Source of the DNA: Oscillospiraceae bacterium
GTDB taxonomy: Bacteria; Bacillota; Clostridia; Oscillospirales; Ruminococcaceae
DNA length: 32,774 nt
Assembly (NCBI GenBank): GCA_900768675.1
Contig: CAAGDT010000045.1
Coordinates: 1 to 32,774, forward strand
Direction: 5' to 3'
Shown: in pieces, positions 16,353 through 24,963 of the stretch
Layout of the letters: every line of letters starts with the position of its first letter
Position numbering within the stretch: the stretch's first letter is position 1
Notes under the pieces: generated by a model
Databases searched by the model: none
What the model was told of the DNA's origin: nothing
The model's input: the letters and a program-made list of their open reading frames with translations, nothing else
Translations under genes and position numbers: made by a program

Positions 16353-17196
16353 CTGCAACGCCCCTTTCTGCAATTATATTTCCGATTGTGTCGGCAATTA
16401 TATGCCCCGCCGTAATCGGGGCGGTTTTTCCCGGAAGGCTTCTTGCCCAGATAAGCTTAATACCCCTGTCTGCGGCAAGCCCCTCGTCCTCTGCGCTAAG
16501 AACCGACGCAAGCTCGATAAAAAGCGCACCGGTTTTAATGAGAGTAAGCCGCTTCCTGTCAAAAATCATGGCGGGAACGGTGTTTATAATAATGTCTGCC
16601 TTTTTTATTGCAGTATCAAGCTCCCCCGGGGTATTGAAATTAACGGGCTTTGCTCCGTAGGCTTCTATCCATGCCAAATCCCCGTACTTTCGTGCAGCGG
16701 CGCTTACCTTTGCACCTAAGGCGGAGAAATATCTTACAAGAAGCTTCCCTATTCTTCCAAAGCCCGTGATAAGCACTTCTGCACCAAAAAGGGTAACAGG
16801 AAGCTCCCTTATCGCAATTTCAACAGCTCCCTCAGCGGTCGGAACAGCGTTTTTAACCGCAAGCTCCTCCCGTTCAAAGTAGTTCACAAGTGAAAATCCG
16901 TTTTTAAGGCAGGTTTCTTTAAGGGCGGAAAATTCCTTGCTTGTAAATACCGTGCCGCCCTTTTTTACCATTTTTTCCAGTATGTCAAACCCGGGCGGCG
17001 CCGATTTAAGTAGGGGGCAGTTTATATGAACGCCGTCCACGCTTGCGGGAAGCGGCAGGACAGCATAATCGGAAAGGCTTTCGGGCAGCTTTTCACCTTC
17101 GGCTATTCCGAAGGAGGTGCAGCTGTACCGCTGTCCAAGCTTTTCCGCCGCATAAATGCTGCGGCTGTCGCCGCCTATAAAAATAAAGCTTTTCAT
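16345..17196 (-). CDS. spoVFA: Dipicolinate synthase subunit A
   Basis: GGDSR, NAVPTAEGA, GFGRIG, INTVP and SLPGKTAPITAG motifs. Overlaps spoVFB. Confidence 0.93.
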   Translation of the reverse strand: MKSFIFIGGDSRSIYAAEKLGQRYSCTSFGIAEGEKLPESLSDYAVLPLPASVDGVHINCPLLKSAPPGFDILEKMVKKGGTVFTSKEFSALKETCLKNGFSLVNYFEREELAVKNAVPTAEGAVEIAIRELPVTLFGAEVLITGFGRIGKLLVRYFSALGAKVSAAARKYGDLAWIEAYGAKPVNFNTPGELDTAIKKADIIINTVPAMIFDRKRLTLIKTGALFIELASVLSAEDEGLAADRGIKLIWARSLPGKTAPITAGHIIADTIGNIIAERGVADA

Positions 17197-17252
17197 ATAT
17201 ATATCAATCCTTTCCGACATCTGTCGCTATACGGAATAAATATCTGTTGTGA

Positions 17253-17281
17253 TATATTATGATAAAAGCTATGATTTTGTG
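17253..17281 (-). promoter_or_regulatory. Candidate mother-cell sigma-K promoter
   Basis: Minus strand cACA-N16-CATAATATA. spoVF is sigma-K dependent in Bacillus subtilis. Confidence 0.55.
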
Positions 17282-17301
17282 AATGGACAGGACATAAAAA
17301 A

Positions 17302-17326
17302 TTCCCCTGCTGTATAAGCAGGGGAA
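17302..17326 (-). terminator. Intrinsic terminator
   Basis: TTCCCCTGCT-gtata-AGCAGGGGAA, followed by a T-run on the minus strand. Confidence 0.7.
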
Positions 17327-17533
17327 ACAGTCTGTCGCTAAACCCTGAAAACAGGGTTTAGCTTAATGAATAATGAATAGTGAATAGTGAATAAATGTGG
17401 TGTGCCCTTCGGGCGCGGATTTTGAAATAATGCTTTTCCAAATCAATCGGCGAAGCCGATACCACAACTGTCAATTGTCAACTGTCAACTTTCAATATTC
17501 TTTTCTTGTCGAAAAGACTTTTCGACAAGCTGT
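17327..17533. repeat. Composite palindromic element with heptamer arrays (MITE/REP-like)
   Basis: Imperfect terminal IRs ACAGTCTGTCG / CGACAAGCTGT, hairpins at 17337-17362 and 17505-17529, and (RTGAATA)x4 and (YTGTCAA)x3-4 arrays flanking a three-hairpin core. Confidence 0.7.
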
Positions 17534-17542
17534 ATTGCGGTT

Positions 17543-18199
17543 TTATAGGGCTTGTCCCTGATTTACTGCACTTTCCGCAGTAAAGGTAACCTTGTTCTTC
17601 AGCAGGTCGGCTACAATTTCCTGCCCGTCCTCGGTCATTGAGGTTCCCATATAAAGGAAGCCGGCTTCGGGAGTGTTGAAAAATGCGTAGAAAACGGTGG
17701 CGGATTTCGACTCGTAGTAGCAGTCAATTGAGTAATAAAATATTCCCCGCCTTGTATCGAAAACTCCGCTGCTGCCGCCTGTAACTGCGGCGCCTGCGCT
17801 CCTGAGAACCTTCTTGCTGTATTCAAGCATATAGGACATTGTGGATTCGTTCAGCTCGCTTGCAGTAAGGGGAGAGTTAAGCTTTGTAAAGCTTGTCATA
17901 ATACCGGGCTTCAGCATTATCAGTATTGTGCTTCCATCCTCGTCTTCGGCGGAAAAGTCGCTGATTCCGAATCTCTGGGAGTACTTCGGCGGTATATTTT
18001 CCAGACCCTGACCCGTTAAATAAACCCACTTGTCTGTCATATCAACCTCAATGCCCGCAGAGGTATTCGTATAGCGGTCATTCAGGAAAACTCCGCCTGT
18101 GCGGTAATCGATCCTGTTGTTGCCAAGGTTTGTGGTGATGTAGAAGGCAAGACCGCCGTAAACCACCAGAAACAGGAATAACCATATTATTTTCTTCAT
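17543..18199 (-). CDS. Hypothetical membrane-anchored/secreted protein
   Basis: Start MKKIIWLFLFLVVYGGLAFYI (ATG 18199, SD GAAGGGAG), 19 nt downstream of valS. Confidence 0.7.
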   Translation of the reverse strand: MKKIIWLFLFLVVYGGLAFYITTNLGNNRIDYRTGGVFLNDRYTNTSAGIEVDMTDKWVYLTGQGLENIPPKYSQRFGISDFSAEDEDGSTILIMLKPGIMTSFTKLNSPLTASELNESTMSYMLEYSKKVLRSAGAAVTGGSSGVFDTRRGIFYYSIDCYYESKSATVFYAFFNTPEAGFLYMGTSMTEDGQEIVADLLKNKVTFTAESAVNQGQAL

Positions 18200-18218
18200 T
18201 TTCTCTCCCTTCGGCCGC

Positions 18219-20855
18219 TCACTTAAGCGCAGCAATAGATTCGTTAATTTTCTTCATCTTCTCTTCCGCCTTAGCAAGCTTAACCCGCTCGTTTTCAATC
18301 TGCTGTGCGGGAGCCTTTGAGAGGAAGCCCTGATTGTTGAGCTTTGCAGAAAGGAAGTCGATGTCCTTTTGTGCTGCCTTCTTTTCCTTTTCAAGGCGCT
18401 GTAATTCCTTTTCGGTATCAACCAGCTCTCCTAAGGGCATAAATACTCTTGCCGCCGCAGTAACAACAGTTACCATTCCGTCTCCTGCGGTAATATTTTC
18501 GGCAATTTCCGTTTCGCCCGCACCTGCAAGCTTTTCAAAGAATACCTTGCATGAGCTGAAAAGCTCTGTATCCTTTGTTTCGATATGCATTGTTACCTTC
18601 TTTGAGGGCGGAACGTTAAGCTCGTTGCGCTGTGCTCTTACTGCCTTTATAGCGTCGATTATCTTTGAGAATGCGGTTTCGTCGCTGCTGAAATCAAGGG
18701 CTTCGCAGTATTCGGGCCACTTTGAAATCATAATGCTTTCGGGCTGGTCCACTACGGGCATTGACTGCCATATTTCCTCTGTAATAAAGGGCATAAAGGG
18801 ATGTAATAGCTTTAAAACGCCCTGCATTACATAAACGAGAACATTCTGCGCAGCCCGTGCGGTTTCGCCGCCTGCGGCAATACGGGGCTTTGTAAGCTCG
18901 ATATACCAGTCGCAGTAAACGTCCCAGATAAAGTCGTAAAGCTTGCCTATTGCAATACCAAGCTCAAAGCTTTCGATATTGTCGGTAACTTCCTTGATAA
19001 GCTTATTGTAAAGGGAGAGTACCCACTTGTCCTCGATAGGAAGGCTTTCGGGAAGGACAGCCTTTTCCATATCCTCGGGCAGGTTCATAAGTATATATCT
19101 TGAAGCATTCCAGAGCTTGTTTGCAAAGTTTCTTGCGGCAGTAACCTTTGTGGTTGTCCAGCGCATATCGTTTCCGGGGCTGTTTCCTGTTACAAGAGCA
19201 AGACGGAGTGCGTCTGCGCCGTATTCGTCGATAATCTCCAGCGGGTCAACGCCGTTGCCTAAGGACTTACTCATCTTTCTTCCCAGCTCGTCCCTTACAA
19301 GACCGTGGATAAGAACGTGCTCAAATGGCTTTTCGCCGGTATGCTCAAGTCCCGAGAAAATCATTCTTGCAACCCAGAAGGGGATAATATCGTAGCCTGT
19401 TACAAGGGTGTTTGTGGGGTAGAAGTACTTTAAGTCCTCGGTTTCGTCCGGCCAGCCTAAAGTTGAGAAAGGCCATAGGGCGGAGCTGAACCAGGTATCA
19501 AGGGTATCCTCGTCCTGCACCATAGGCTTACCGCACTTGGGGCATACGGAAACGGGGGTTTCGCTTATAAGCTCGTGACCGCATTCCTCGTTGGTGCAGT
19601 AGTAGGCGGGGATACGGTGACCCCACCAGAGCTGACGGGAAATACACCAGTCACGGATATTTTCCATCCAGCGCAGATAGGTATTTTCAAAGCGCTTGGG
19701 AACGTATTTAAGCTCGCCGCTTTTTACAACCTCAATTGCAGGCTCAGCAAGCTGCTTCATAGCTACAAACCACTGCTTTGAGCATTTCGGCTCAACTACG
19801 GTGTGGCAGCGCTGGCAGGTGCCTACGTTATGAACGTGGTTTTCTACCTTTACGAGCAGTCCCTGCGCTTCCAGGGCGGCAACCATAGCCTTTCTTGCCT
19901 CGTAGCGGTCCATTCCCGCATACTTTCCGCCGAACTCCTTGTTTATAGTTGCGTCGTCGTTCATTACGTTGAGAACGGGGAGGTTGTGTCTTAAACCTAC
20001 CTCGTAGTCGTTGGGGTCGTGGGCAGGAGTAATCTTAACTACGCCTGTTCCGAAGTCCATTTCAACGTATTCGTCAGCAATAATCGGGATTTCCCTGTCG
20101 GTAAGGGGAAGCTTTACCATCTTGCCCACAATGTCCTTGTAGCGCTCGTCCTTGGGGTTAACTGCAAGGGCGGCATCGCCTAAAAGGGTTTCGGGACGGG
20201 TGGTTGCAATCTGAACAAAGCCGCTTCCGTCGGATAAAGGATAGTTGATATGCCAGAAGTGACCCTCCTGCTCCTCATATTCGCACTCAATATCGGAAAT
20301 AGAGGTCTTACAGTTAGGGCACCAGTTTATGATTCTTTCGCCATGGTAGATAAGTCCCTTGTTGTAAAGGTCGATAAATACCTTCTGTACAGCCTTAGAG
20401 CAGCCCTCGTCAAGGGTAAAGCGCTCTCTGTCCCAGTCGCAGGAGGAGCCCAGCTTTTTCAGCTGGTCTACGATACGTCCGCCGTAAACTCTTTTCCATT
20501 CCCATGCTCTTTCGAGGAAGCCATCTCTGCCTATATCGTCCTTTGTAACTCCGTCAGCCTTCATAGCTGCAACGATTTTAGCTTCTGTTGCAATAGAGGC
20601 GTGGTCGGTACCGGGAAGCCAGAGGGCAGCGTAGCCCTGCATACGCTTGGTACGGATAATAATGTCCTGTAAGGTGTTGTCGAGAGCGTGACCCATGTGA
20701 AGCTGTCCTGTAATATTGGGCGGGGGAATAACGATTGTATAGGGCTTCTTTTCCGGGTCTCTTTCTGCGTGGAAGTACTTTTTTTCCTCCCAGTTCTTAT
20801 ATATGCGCTCCTCAAATTCCTTGGGCGCATAGGTTTTTGCCAGTTCCTTCTTCAT
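18219..20855 (-). CDS. valS: Valyl-tRNA synthetase
   Basis: [33 protein letters not shown] and a C-terminal coiled-coil arm. Confidence 0.98.
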   Translation of the reverse strand: MKKELAKTYAPKEFEERIYKNWEEKKYFHAERDPEKKPYTIVIPPPNITGQLHMGHALDNTLQDIIIRTKRMQGYAALWLPGTDHASIATEAKIVAAMKADGVTKDDIGRDGFLERAWEWKRVYGGRIVDQLKKLGSSCDWDRERFTLDEGCSKAVQKVFIDLYNKGLIYHGERIINWCPNCKTSISDIECEYEEQEGHFWHINYPLSDGSGFVQIATTRPETLLGDAALAVNPKDERYKDIVGKMVKLPLTDREIPIIADEYVEMDFGTGVVKITPAHDPNDYEVGLRHNLPVLNVMNDDATINKEFGGKYAGMDRYEARKAMVAALEAQGLLVKVENHVHNVGTCQRCHTVVEPKCSKQWFVAMKQLAEPAIEVVKSGELKYVPKRFENTYLRWMENIRDWCISRQLWWGHRIPAYYCTNEECGHELISETPVSVCPKCGKPMVQDEDTLDTWFSSALWPFSTLGWPDETEDLKYFYPTNTLVTGYDIIPFWVARMIFSGLEHTGEKPFEHVLIHGLVRDELGRKMSKSLGNGVDPLEIIDEYGADALRLALVTGNSPGNDMRWTTTKVTAARNFANKLWNASRYILMNLPEDMEKAVLPESLPIEDKWVLSLYNKLIKEVTDNIESFELGIAIGKLYDFIWDVYCDWYIELTKPRIAAGGETARAAQNVLVYVMQGVLKLLHPFMPFITEEIWQSMPVVDQPESIMISKWPEYCEALDFSSDETAFSKIIDAIKAVRAQRNELNVPPSKKVTMHIETKDTELFSSCKVFFEKLAGAGETEIAENITAGDGMVTVVTAAARVFMPLGELVDTEKELQRLEKEKKAAQKDIDFLSAKLNNQGFLSKAPAQQIENERVKLAKAEEKMKKINESIAALK

Positions 20856-20886
20856 TTCATTGTTCCTTTCGCTTGTGTATAAATTA

Positions 20887-22671
20887 TTATTTTACAATAA
20901 GTTGGTTGTAAAGCTCCTCGCTTGGATTAACGAGAATTGTCTTATTGTTGGTAAATATCACCATTCCCGGCTTTGCTCCGTTTGGCTTTTTAACGTAGCG
21001 GGCAAGGGTATAGTCAACGGGAATTTTCGTTCCGTTTCTTGCCTTTGAGCAGTAGGCTGCAAGGGTCGCCGCTTCTACAATCGTATTATCGGGAATTTCC
21101 TTTCCCTCGGTAACGATAATTGCGTGAGAGCCTGCTATATTCTGTGTGTGCAGCCACATATCCGTACCCTTGGCGGTTTTTAAGGTCAGCCTGTCGTTCT
21201 GGTAATTGTTCCTGCCCACAAGTATTTCAAAGCCGTCGCTTGAGCGGAATTTAAGGGGCGGTAAAGGCTTCGGGGATTTCTGTCCGCCGCCCTTTGCTTC
21301 CTTTGCTCCACGCAGATAGCCCGTTTCGGTAAGCTCCCTTTTTATTTCCGAAAGCTCAGCCTCGCTTCCTGCGCCGCTGCCTATTCTGCTGGCGGCGTCG
21401 AAAACGCTGTCGATATATAGAAGCTCCTTTTCGCCCTGTTCTATAAGCTTTGACAGCATTTTTTCCGCTGTGTCAAGCTTCTTGTACTCTGCGTAGTATT
21501 TTTGTGCATTAGCCGAGGGCGAAAGCCGCACATCAAGGCTTATAGTCCTTTGTCCGCCGTTTATATAGTCATCAACGGTTATAGCGTTCATACCCTTTTC
21601 CATACGGTAGAGATTGGCGCTTAAAAGGTCGCCGCAGACTCGGAAATCATCTCTTTCGGAGCAGTTTGCAAGCTCCTGCCGCTGAAGCCCTAATTTACGG
21701 GAAATCCTCTCGTATATGTTCATTATATTTTTCAGCAGGTCGCCGGAACGCTGCTTTATGCGGTCTGCATCAGCCCTGCCGCCGAAAAACTTATCAAGGA
21801 GGAGCGAGGGGCTGTCCCAGCGGGTTTCGGTCATTTCCGAGCCGTACTGGTTTACGGGAACAAAGCAGAAATCCTTGGGCTTTCCTGTCCGTTCCGCTAC
21901 CATTGTGCAGCCCGTTCCGCTTTTCATATAAGCGGCGCTTTGCTTTAAGAAGAATATCAGCTTGTCGGTTCTGTCGGGGGTAAGCTCCTTTACGGTAACG
22001 TCAACGTCCTTAGCGCAGGCGTAGGCACATTCACGGGCGAATATGGGGGAAATGCCCTCGAAAATCGCCATAAGCGCCTTTGAGAGCCGCATTTCGCCGT
22101 AGCTTGCTAACTGCACCTCAAAATCAGAAAAATCATATTCAAGCAGGCTTATCCGCTTTTCACGGGGCGGCGGCTCGTAGAAAACTCCCGGGAGAATCCG
22201 CCGCACGGAGGAAATATCGTCGGTTATCCGCTTTACGCTGTCGATAACCCGCCAGCCCTCCGCCGTTTTCGTCATAAGTATTATATTGCTGTGCTTTCCC
22301 ATTATCTCGGCGGCAATCCTGTTTTCGCAGAGGTCGCCGATTTCGTTGGTGCACTCAAAATCAAGGTTAATTATACGCTCAAGCCCGTCCTGGGAAATTC
22401 CCGTAAGCCGTCCGCCCTGTAAATGCTTACGCATAAGCATACAAAGCATAGGAGGCTGCTTCGGGTTTTCGGGAGAGGCGGCGGTAAGGGAAACCCTTGC
22501 CGCAGAGGAATCCGCCGAAAACAGGATTTTCTCTGCTCCGCCGAAGGTGCGTATTGTTATTATAAGCTCGTCACGGGAGGGCTGGTGGATTTTGTCCACT
22601 CGTCCGCCTACAAGCCTTCTGTCAAGCATTTCCTGCATAACGCAGTGAAGAAATGCGCCGTCAAGGGACAA
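20887..22671 (-). CDS. rqcH: Ribosome quality control NFACT protein RqcH (FbpA family)
   Basis: [50 protein letters not shown] and VDYT...[10 protein letters not shown] motifs. Confidence 0.93.
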   Translation of the reverse strand: MSLDGAFLHCVMQEMLDRRLVGGRVDKIHQPSRDELIITIRTFGGAEKILFSADSSAARVSLTAASPENPKQPPMLCMLMRKHLQGGRLTGISQDGLERIINLDFECTNEIGDLCENRIAAEIMGKHSNIILMTKTAEGWRVIDSVKRITDDISSVRRILPGVFYEPPPREKRISLLEYDFSDFEVQLASYGEMRLSKALMAIFEGISPIFARECAYACAKDVDVTVKELTPDRTDKLIFFLKQSAAYMKSGTGCTMVAERTGKPKDFCFVPVNQYGSEMTETRWDSPSLLLDKFFGGRADADRIKQRSGDLLKNIMNIYERISRKLGLQRQELANCSERDDFRVCGDLLSANLYRMEKGMNAITVDDYINGGQRTISLDVRLSPSANAQKYYAEYKKLDTAEKMLSKLIEQGEKELLYIDSVFDAASRIGSGAGSEAELSEIKRELTETGYLRGAKEAKGGGQKSPKPLPPLKFRSSDGFEILVGRNNYQNDRLTLKTAKGTDMWLHTQNIAGSHAIIVTEGKEIPDNTIVEAATLAAYCSKARNGTKIPVDYTLARYVKKPNGAKPGMVIFTNNKTILVNPSEELYNQLIVK

Positions 22672-22704
22672 AATATCACCTCGTTCCGTTCTGCTTTAAA
22701 AGCG

Positions 22705-23484
22705 TTATATGTATTTGCAGGGGTCGCTCATACTTAGCGGTATGAAGATTTCCGCCTCCGGGAAGCTTTCCCGAAGCTTATCCATAAACATTCCGCAGAC
22801 TATGCTTTCCGTGCCGTAGTGACCTGCGTCAATAACGGTAAGTCCGGCGTTTTTGGCGTCCACGAAGCCGTGGTGCTTTACGTCGCCGGTAATTATTGCG
22901 TCAATTCCCTTTTCGATACAGGTGTAGATTTCATCGTTTCCTGCACCCGAACAAAGAGCAACCCTTTCAATAGTCTTTCCCCCGTCGCAGTACCGCACGG
23001 TGTTGCAGCCGAAGGCTTTCTTTGTGTTTTCCGCAAGGTAGTCGGCGTTTATACCGAAGTCAAGCCTTGCAATCCTGCCATATCCTACGTTTTCCTTTTC
23101 GTGAATAAGGTGCAGTACCGGCGCATCGGCGGGATTTCCGAAGCCCATAAGCTCATACATCATATCGCTTATTCCGCCCCTCGCCATATCAACGTTGGTA
23201 TGGGCGCAGATAGCGGCGATATTGTACTTTATGAGCCGGTATACAGGGCTTGTTTCGTCCAGGGAGCGTATTTTGTTGAAAATTACAGGGTGGTGGGAAA
23301 CAATAAGGTCGGTTGCGGTTTTCGCACACTCCTCCACAATTTCGTTTGTTATATCAAGGCAGACGGCAATTCTGCTTACTTCCTTTTTCCTGTCGCCCAC
23401 AAGAAAACCTGCGTTGTCGAAGGAGTCCTGAAGCTTAAAGGGAGCAAAGCTGTTTATACAGTCAAAAATTTCCTCTGCAAGCAT
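22705..23484 (-). CDS. Nif3-like (DUF34) dinuclear metal center protein
   Basis: DNAGFLVG, SHHPVIF, HTNVD, TGDVKHH and DAGHYGTE motifs. Confidence 0.93.
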   Translation of the reverse strand: MLAEEIFDCINSFAPFKLQDSFDNAGFLVGDRKKEVSRIAVCLDITNEIVEECAKTATDLIVSHHPVIFNKIRSLDETSPVYRLIKYNIAAICAHTNVDMARGGISDMMYELMGFGNPADAPVLHLIHEKENVGYGRIARLDFGINADYLAENTKKAFGCNTVRYCDGGKTIERVALCSGAGNDEIYTCIEKGIDAIITGDVKHHGFVDAKNAGLTVIDAGHYGTESIVCGMFMDKLRESFPEAEIFIPLSMSDPCKYI

Positions 23485-23498
23485 AATTTCCGTCCTTT

Positions 23499-24098
23499 CT
23501 AATCAATGAGTTTTTTGTAATCAGGATTGCCCTTTGAGAGCTTTAAAAGCCGCTTTTTTACGCTTTCGGCGTATTCGGGGCTTTCGTTCTTTCCGAAAAA
23601 GGCAAACTTTTCTTCGATTTCGGTCTTAATGCCCGTATATTTTACAAGCATTACGGTATAGATTTTCCCCGCCGCCTTTGCAGCTTCCTCCCGCTCAATT
23701 TCAAAGCCGTTTTTGTACAGTTCTCTTCTGAGAACTTCGGCTTTGGTCATAGGCTGGAGGATAAAGCGGGTGTCGGGGGTTATGAAGCGGCACTCCGTTA
23801 CAATTCTTGCAATAAGCTCTCCGCCCATTCCTGCCACAATAATATCCTCGCAGGGCGGCACGCTTTCAAGTCCGTCGGACTTTATAAGCTTTATAGAGTC
23901 TCCCGCCCCGTATTTTGCAACAGTAGCCGCCGCAGCTTCAAGGGGTCCCTCGTTTATGTCGCAGGCGATAATATCCCCCGCTCCCGCTTCCCGAAGATAA
24001 CAGGGAAGCAGGGCGTGGTCGGTTCCTACGTCGCATATCCTGCGGTTTAGCCGCACCATTTTCGCAATTGCGGCAAGGCGGGGGTCAAGCCTTATCAC
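23499..24098 (-). CDS. trmK: tRNA (adenine(22)-N1)-methyltransferase TrmK-like
   Basis: DVGTDHALLP, DINEGPL, SDGL, AGMGGELI and ILQPM motifs. Adjacent to nif3 as usual. Confidence 0.88.
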   Translation of the reverse strand: MIRLDPRLAAIAKMVRLNRRICDVGTDHALLPCYLREAGAGDIIACDINEGPLEAAAATVAKYGAGDSIKLIKSDGLESVPPCEDIIVAGMGGELIARIVTECRFITPDTRFILQPMTKAEVLRRELYKNGFEIEREEAAKAAGKIYTVMLVKYTGIKTEIEEKFAFFGKNESPEYAESVKKRLLKLSKGNPDYKKLID

Positions 24099-24295
24099 TT
24101 GTTTACTGCTTCATTCAGCTTCTTTACAAGAGCGTCAGCGTCAGCGCCGTGAACAGCGCAGGCTTCTGCAACGGTTTCGCCTCTTGCGGAGGGGCAGCCG
24201 AGGCAGTGCATTCCCATTTCAAAGAAATAGGGAGCAGCAGCTTCGCCGTGTGCGTCAAGAATATCGCCGATGATTGTATCCTTTGTGATTTCCAT
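24095..24295 (-). CDS. DUF1858 domain protein (hydrid-cluster-associated redox disulfide domain-like)
   Basis: ITKDTIIGDIL...GMHCLGCPSARGETVAEACAVHG. Confidence 0.88.
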   Translation of the reverse strand: MEITKDTIIGDILDAHGEAAAPYFFEMGMHCLGCPSARGETVAEACAVHGADADALVKKLNEAVNK

Positions 24296-24358
24296 TTTAA
24301 AGTCCTTCTTTCACGGATATTTGCCTGTCGTTAGTATATAATGACAGGCTATTTCTTT

Positions 24359-24387
24359 ATTATATATCATTTTGCAGGAAATTACAA
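24359..24387 (-). promoter_or_regulatory. Sigma-A promoter for the DUF1858-trmK-nif3-rqcH-valS operon
   Basis: Minus strand TTGTAA-N17-TATAAT. Confidence 0.6.
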
Positions 24388-24458
24388 GAGCAAAACGGGG
24401 GATTTCGGGGAAAAAATCAGAGAAAATGATGTTGTGCGGGGTTTGGGTCTGCTTTTGG

Positions 24459-24487
24459 TTGACTTTGTTGGTCTGACGTGGTATAAT
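24459..24487 (+). promoter_or_regulatory. Sigma-A promoter
   Basis: TTGACT-N17-TATAAT with extended -10 TG. Confidence 0.75.
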
Positions 24488-24517
24488 AAACCAAAAATAC
24501 CGATTGGAGGAATAAAA

Positions 24518-24733
24518 ATGGCTGATAAGGAAGAAATTAAAACCGAAGAAGAAAAAGAGGACGAAAAACAGGCTAATTATATGGCAGTTGGTATGTGTAT
24601 CGGAGCTGCAATAGGCGGAGTCGCAATGTGTATTCTTGCCTTTACCGGCAATATCCTATGGGGCGGCGTGTGCCTTGGCGGCGGGTTAATCGGCGGTATG
24701 CTTATAGGATTGGCTGTTCCGAAGAAGAAGTAA
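24518..24733 (+). CDS. Small Gly-rich two-TM membrane protein
   Basis: ATG 24518 follows GGAGG. 71 aa with an acidic N-terminus, GxxxG-rich helices and a PKKK end. Confidence 0.75.
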   Translation: MADKEEIKTEEEKEDEKQANYMAVGMCIGAAIGGVAMCILAFTGNILWGGVCLGGGLIGGMLIGLAVPKKK

Positions 24734-24751
24734 ATTCCGAACCATTGTTGA

Positions 24752-24787
24752 AATAACCCGAAAAGTACAAAAGCTTTTCGGGTTATT
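24752..24787 (+). terminator. Intrinsic terminator-like hairpin
   Basis: AATAACCCGAAAAG-N8-CTTTTCGGGTTATT. Confidence 0.7.
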
Positions 24788-24870
24788 ATTATCTTCGCCT
24801 ACTATCGCCCTGCTCCTGCCCCCAAAAGGGCATTTTCCATAAACTTTCACCAAAAATTCTTGTAAAAGCA

Positions 24871-24899
24871 TTGAAAAAGGAACAAATTTAGTGTATAAT
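24871..24899 (+). promoter_or_regulatory. Sigma-A promoter
   Basis: TTGAAA-N17-TATAAT. Confidence 0.7.
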
Positions 24900-24963
24900 T
24901 ATGAGGATACTATATTATTGGTATTTTATATTCCCGCCGAGGGCGGAAAAGGAAAGGTACTAT

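Noticed and set aside
17366..17495. Short tandem repeats as a possible CRISPR array
   Set aside because: The units are 7 nt with no unique spacers, and there are no cas genes in the window.
24341..24517. 5' extension of the 24341-24733 ORF
   Set aside because: It overlaps divergent promoters, and the SD GGAGG supports a start at 24518.
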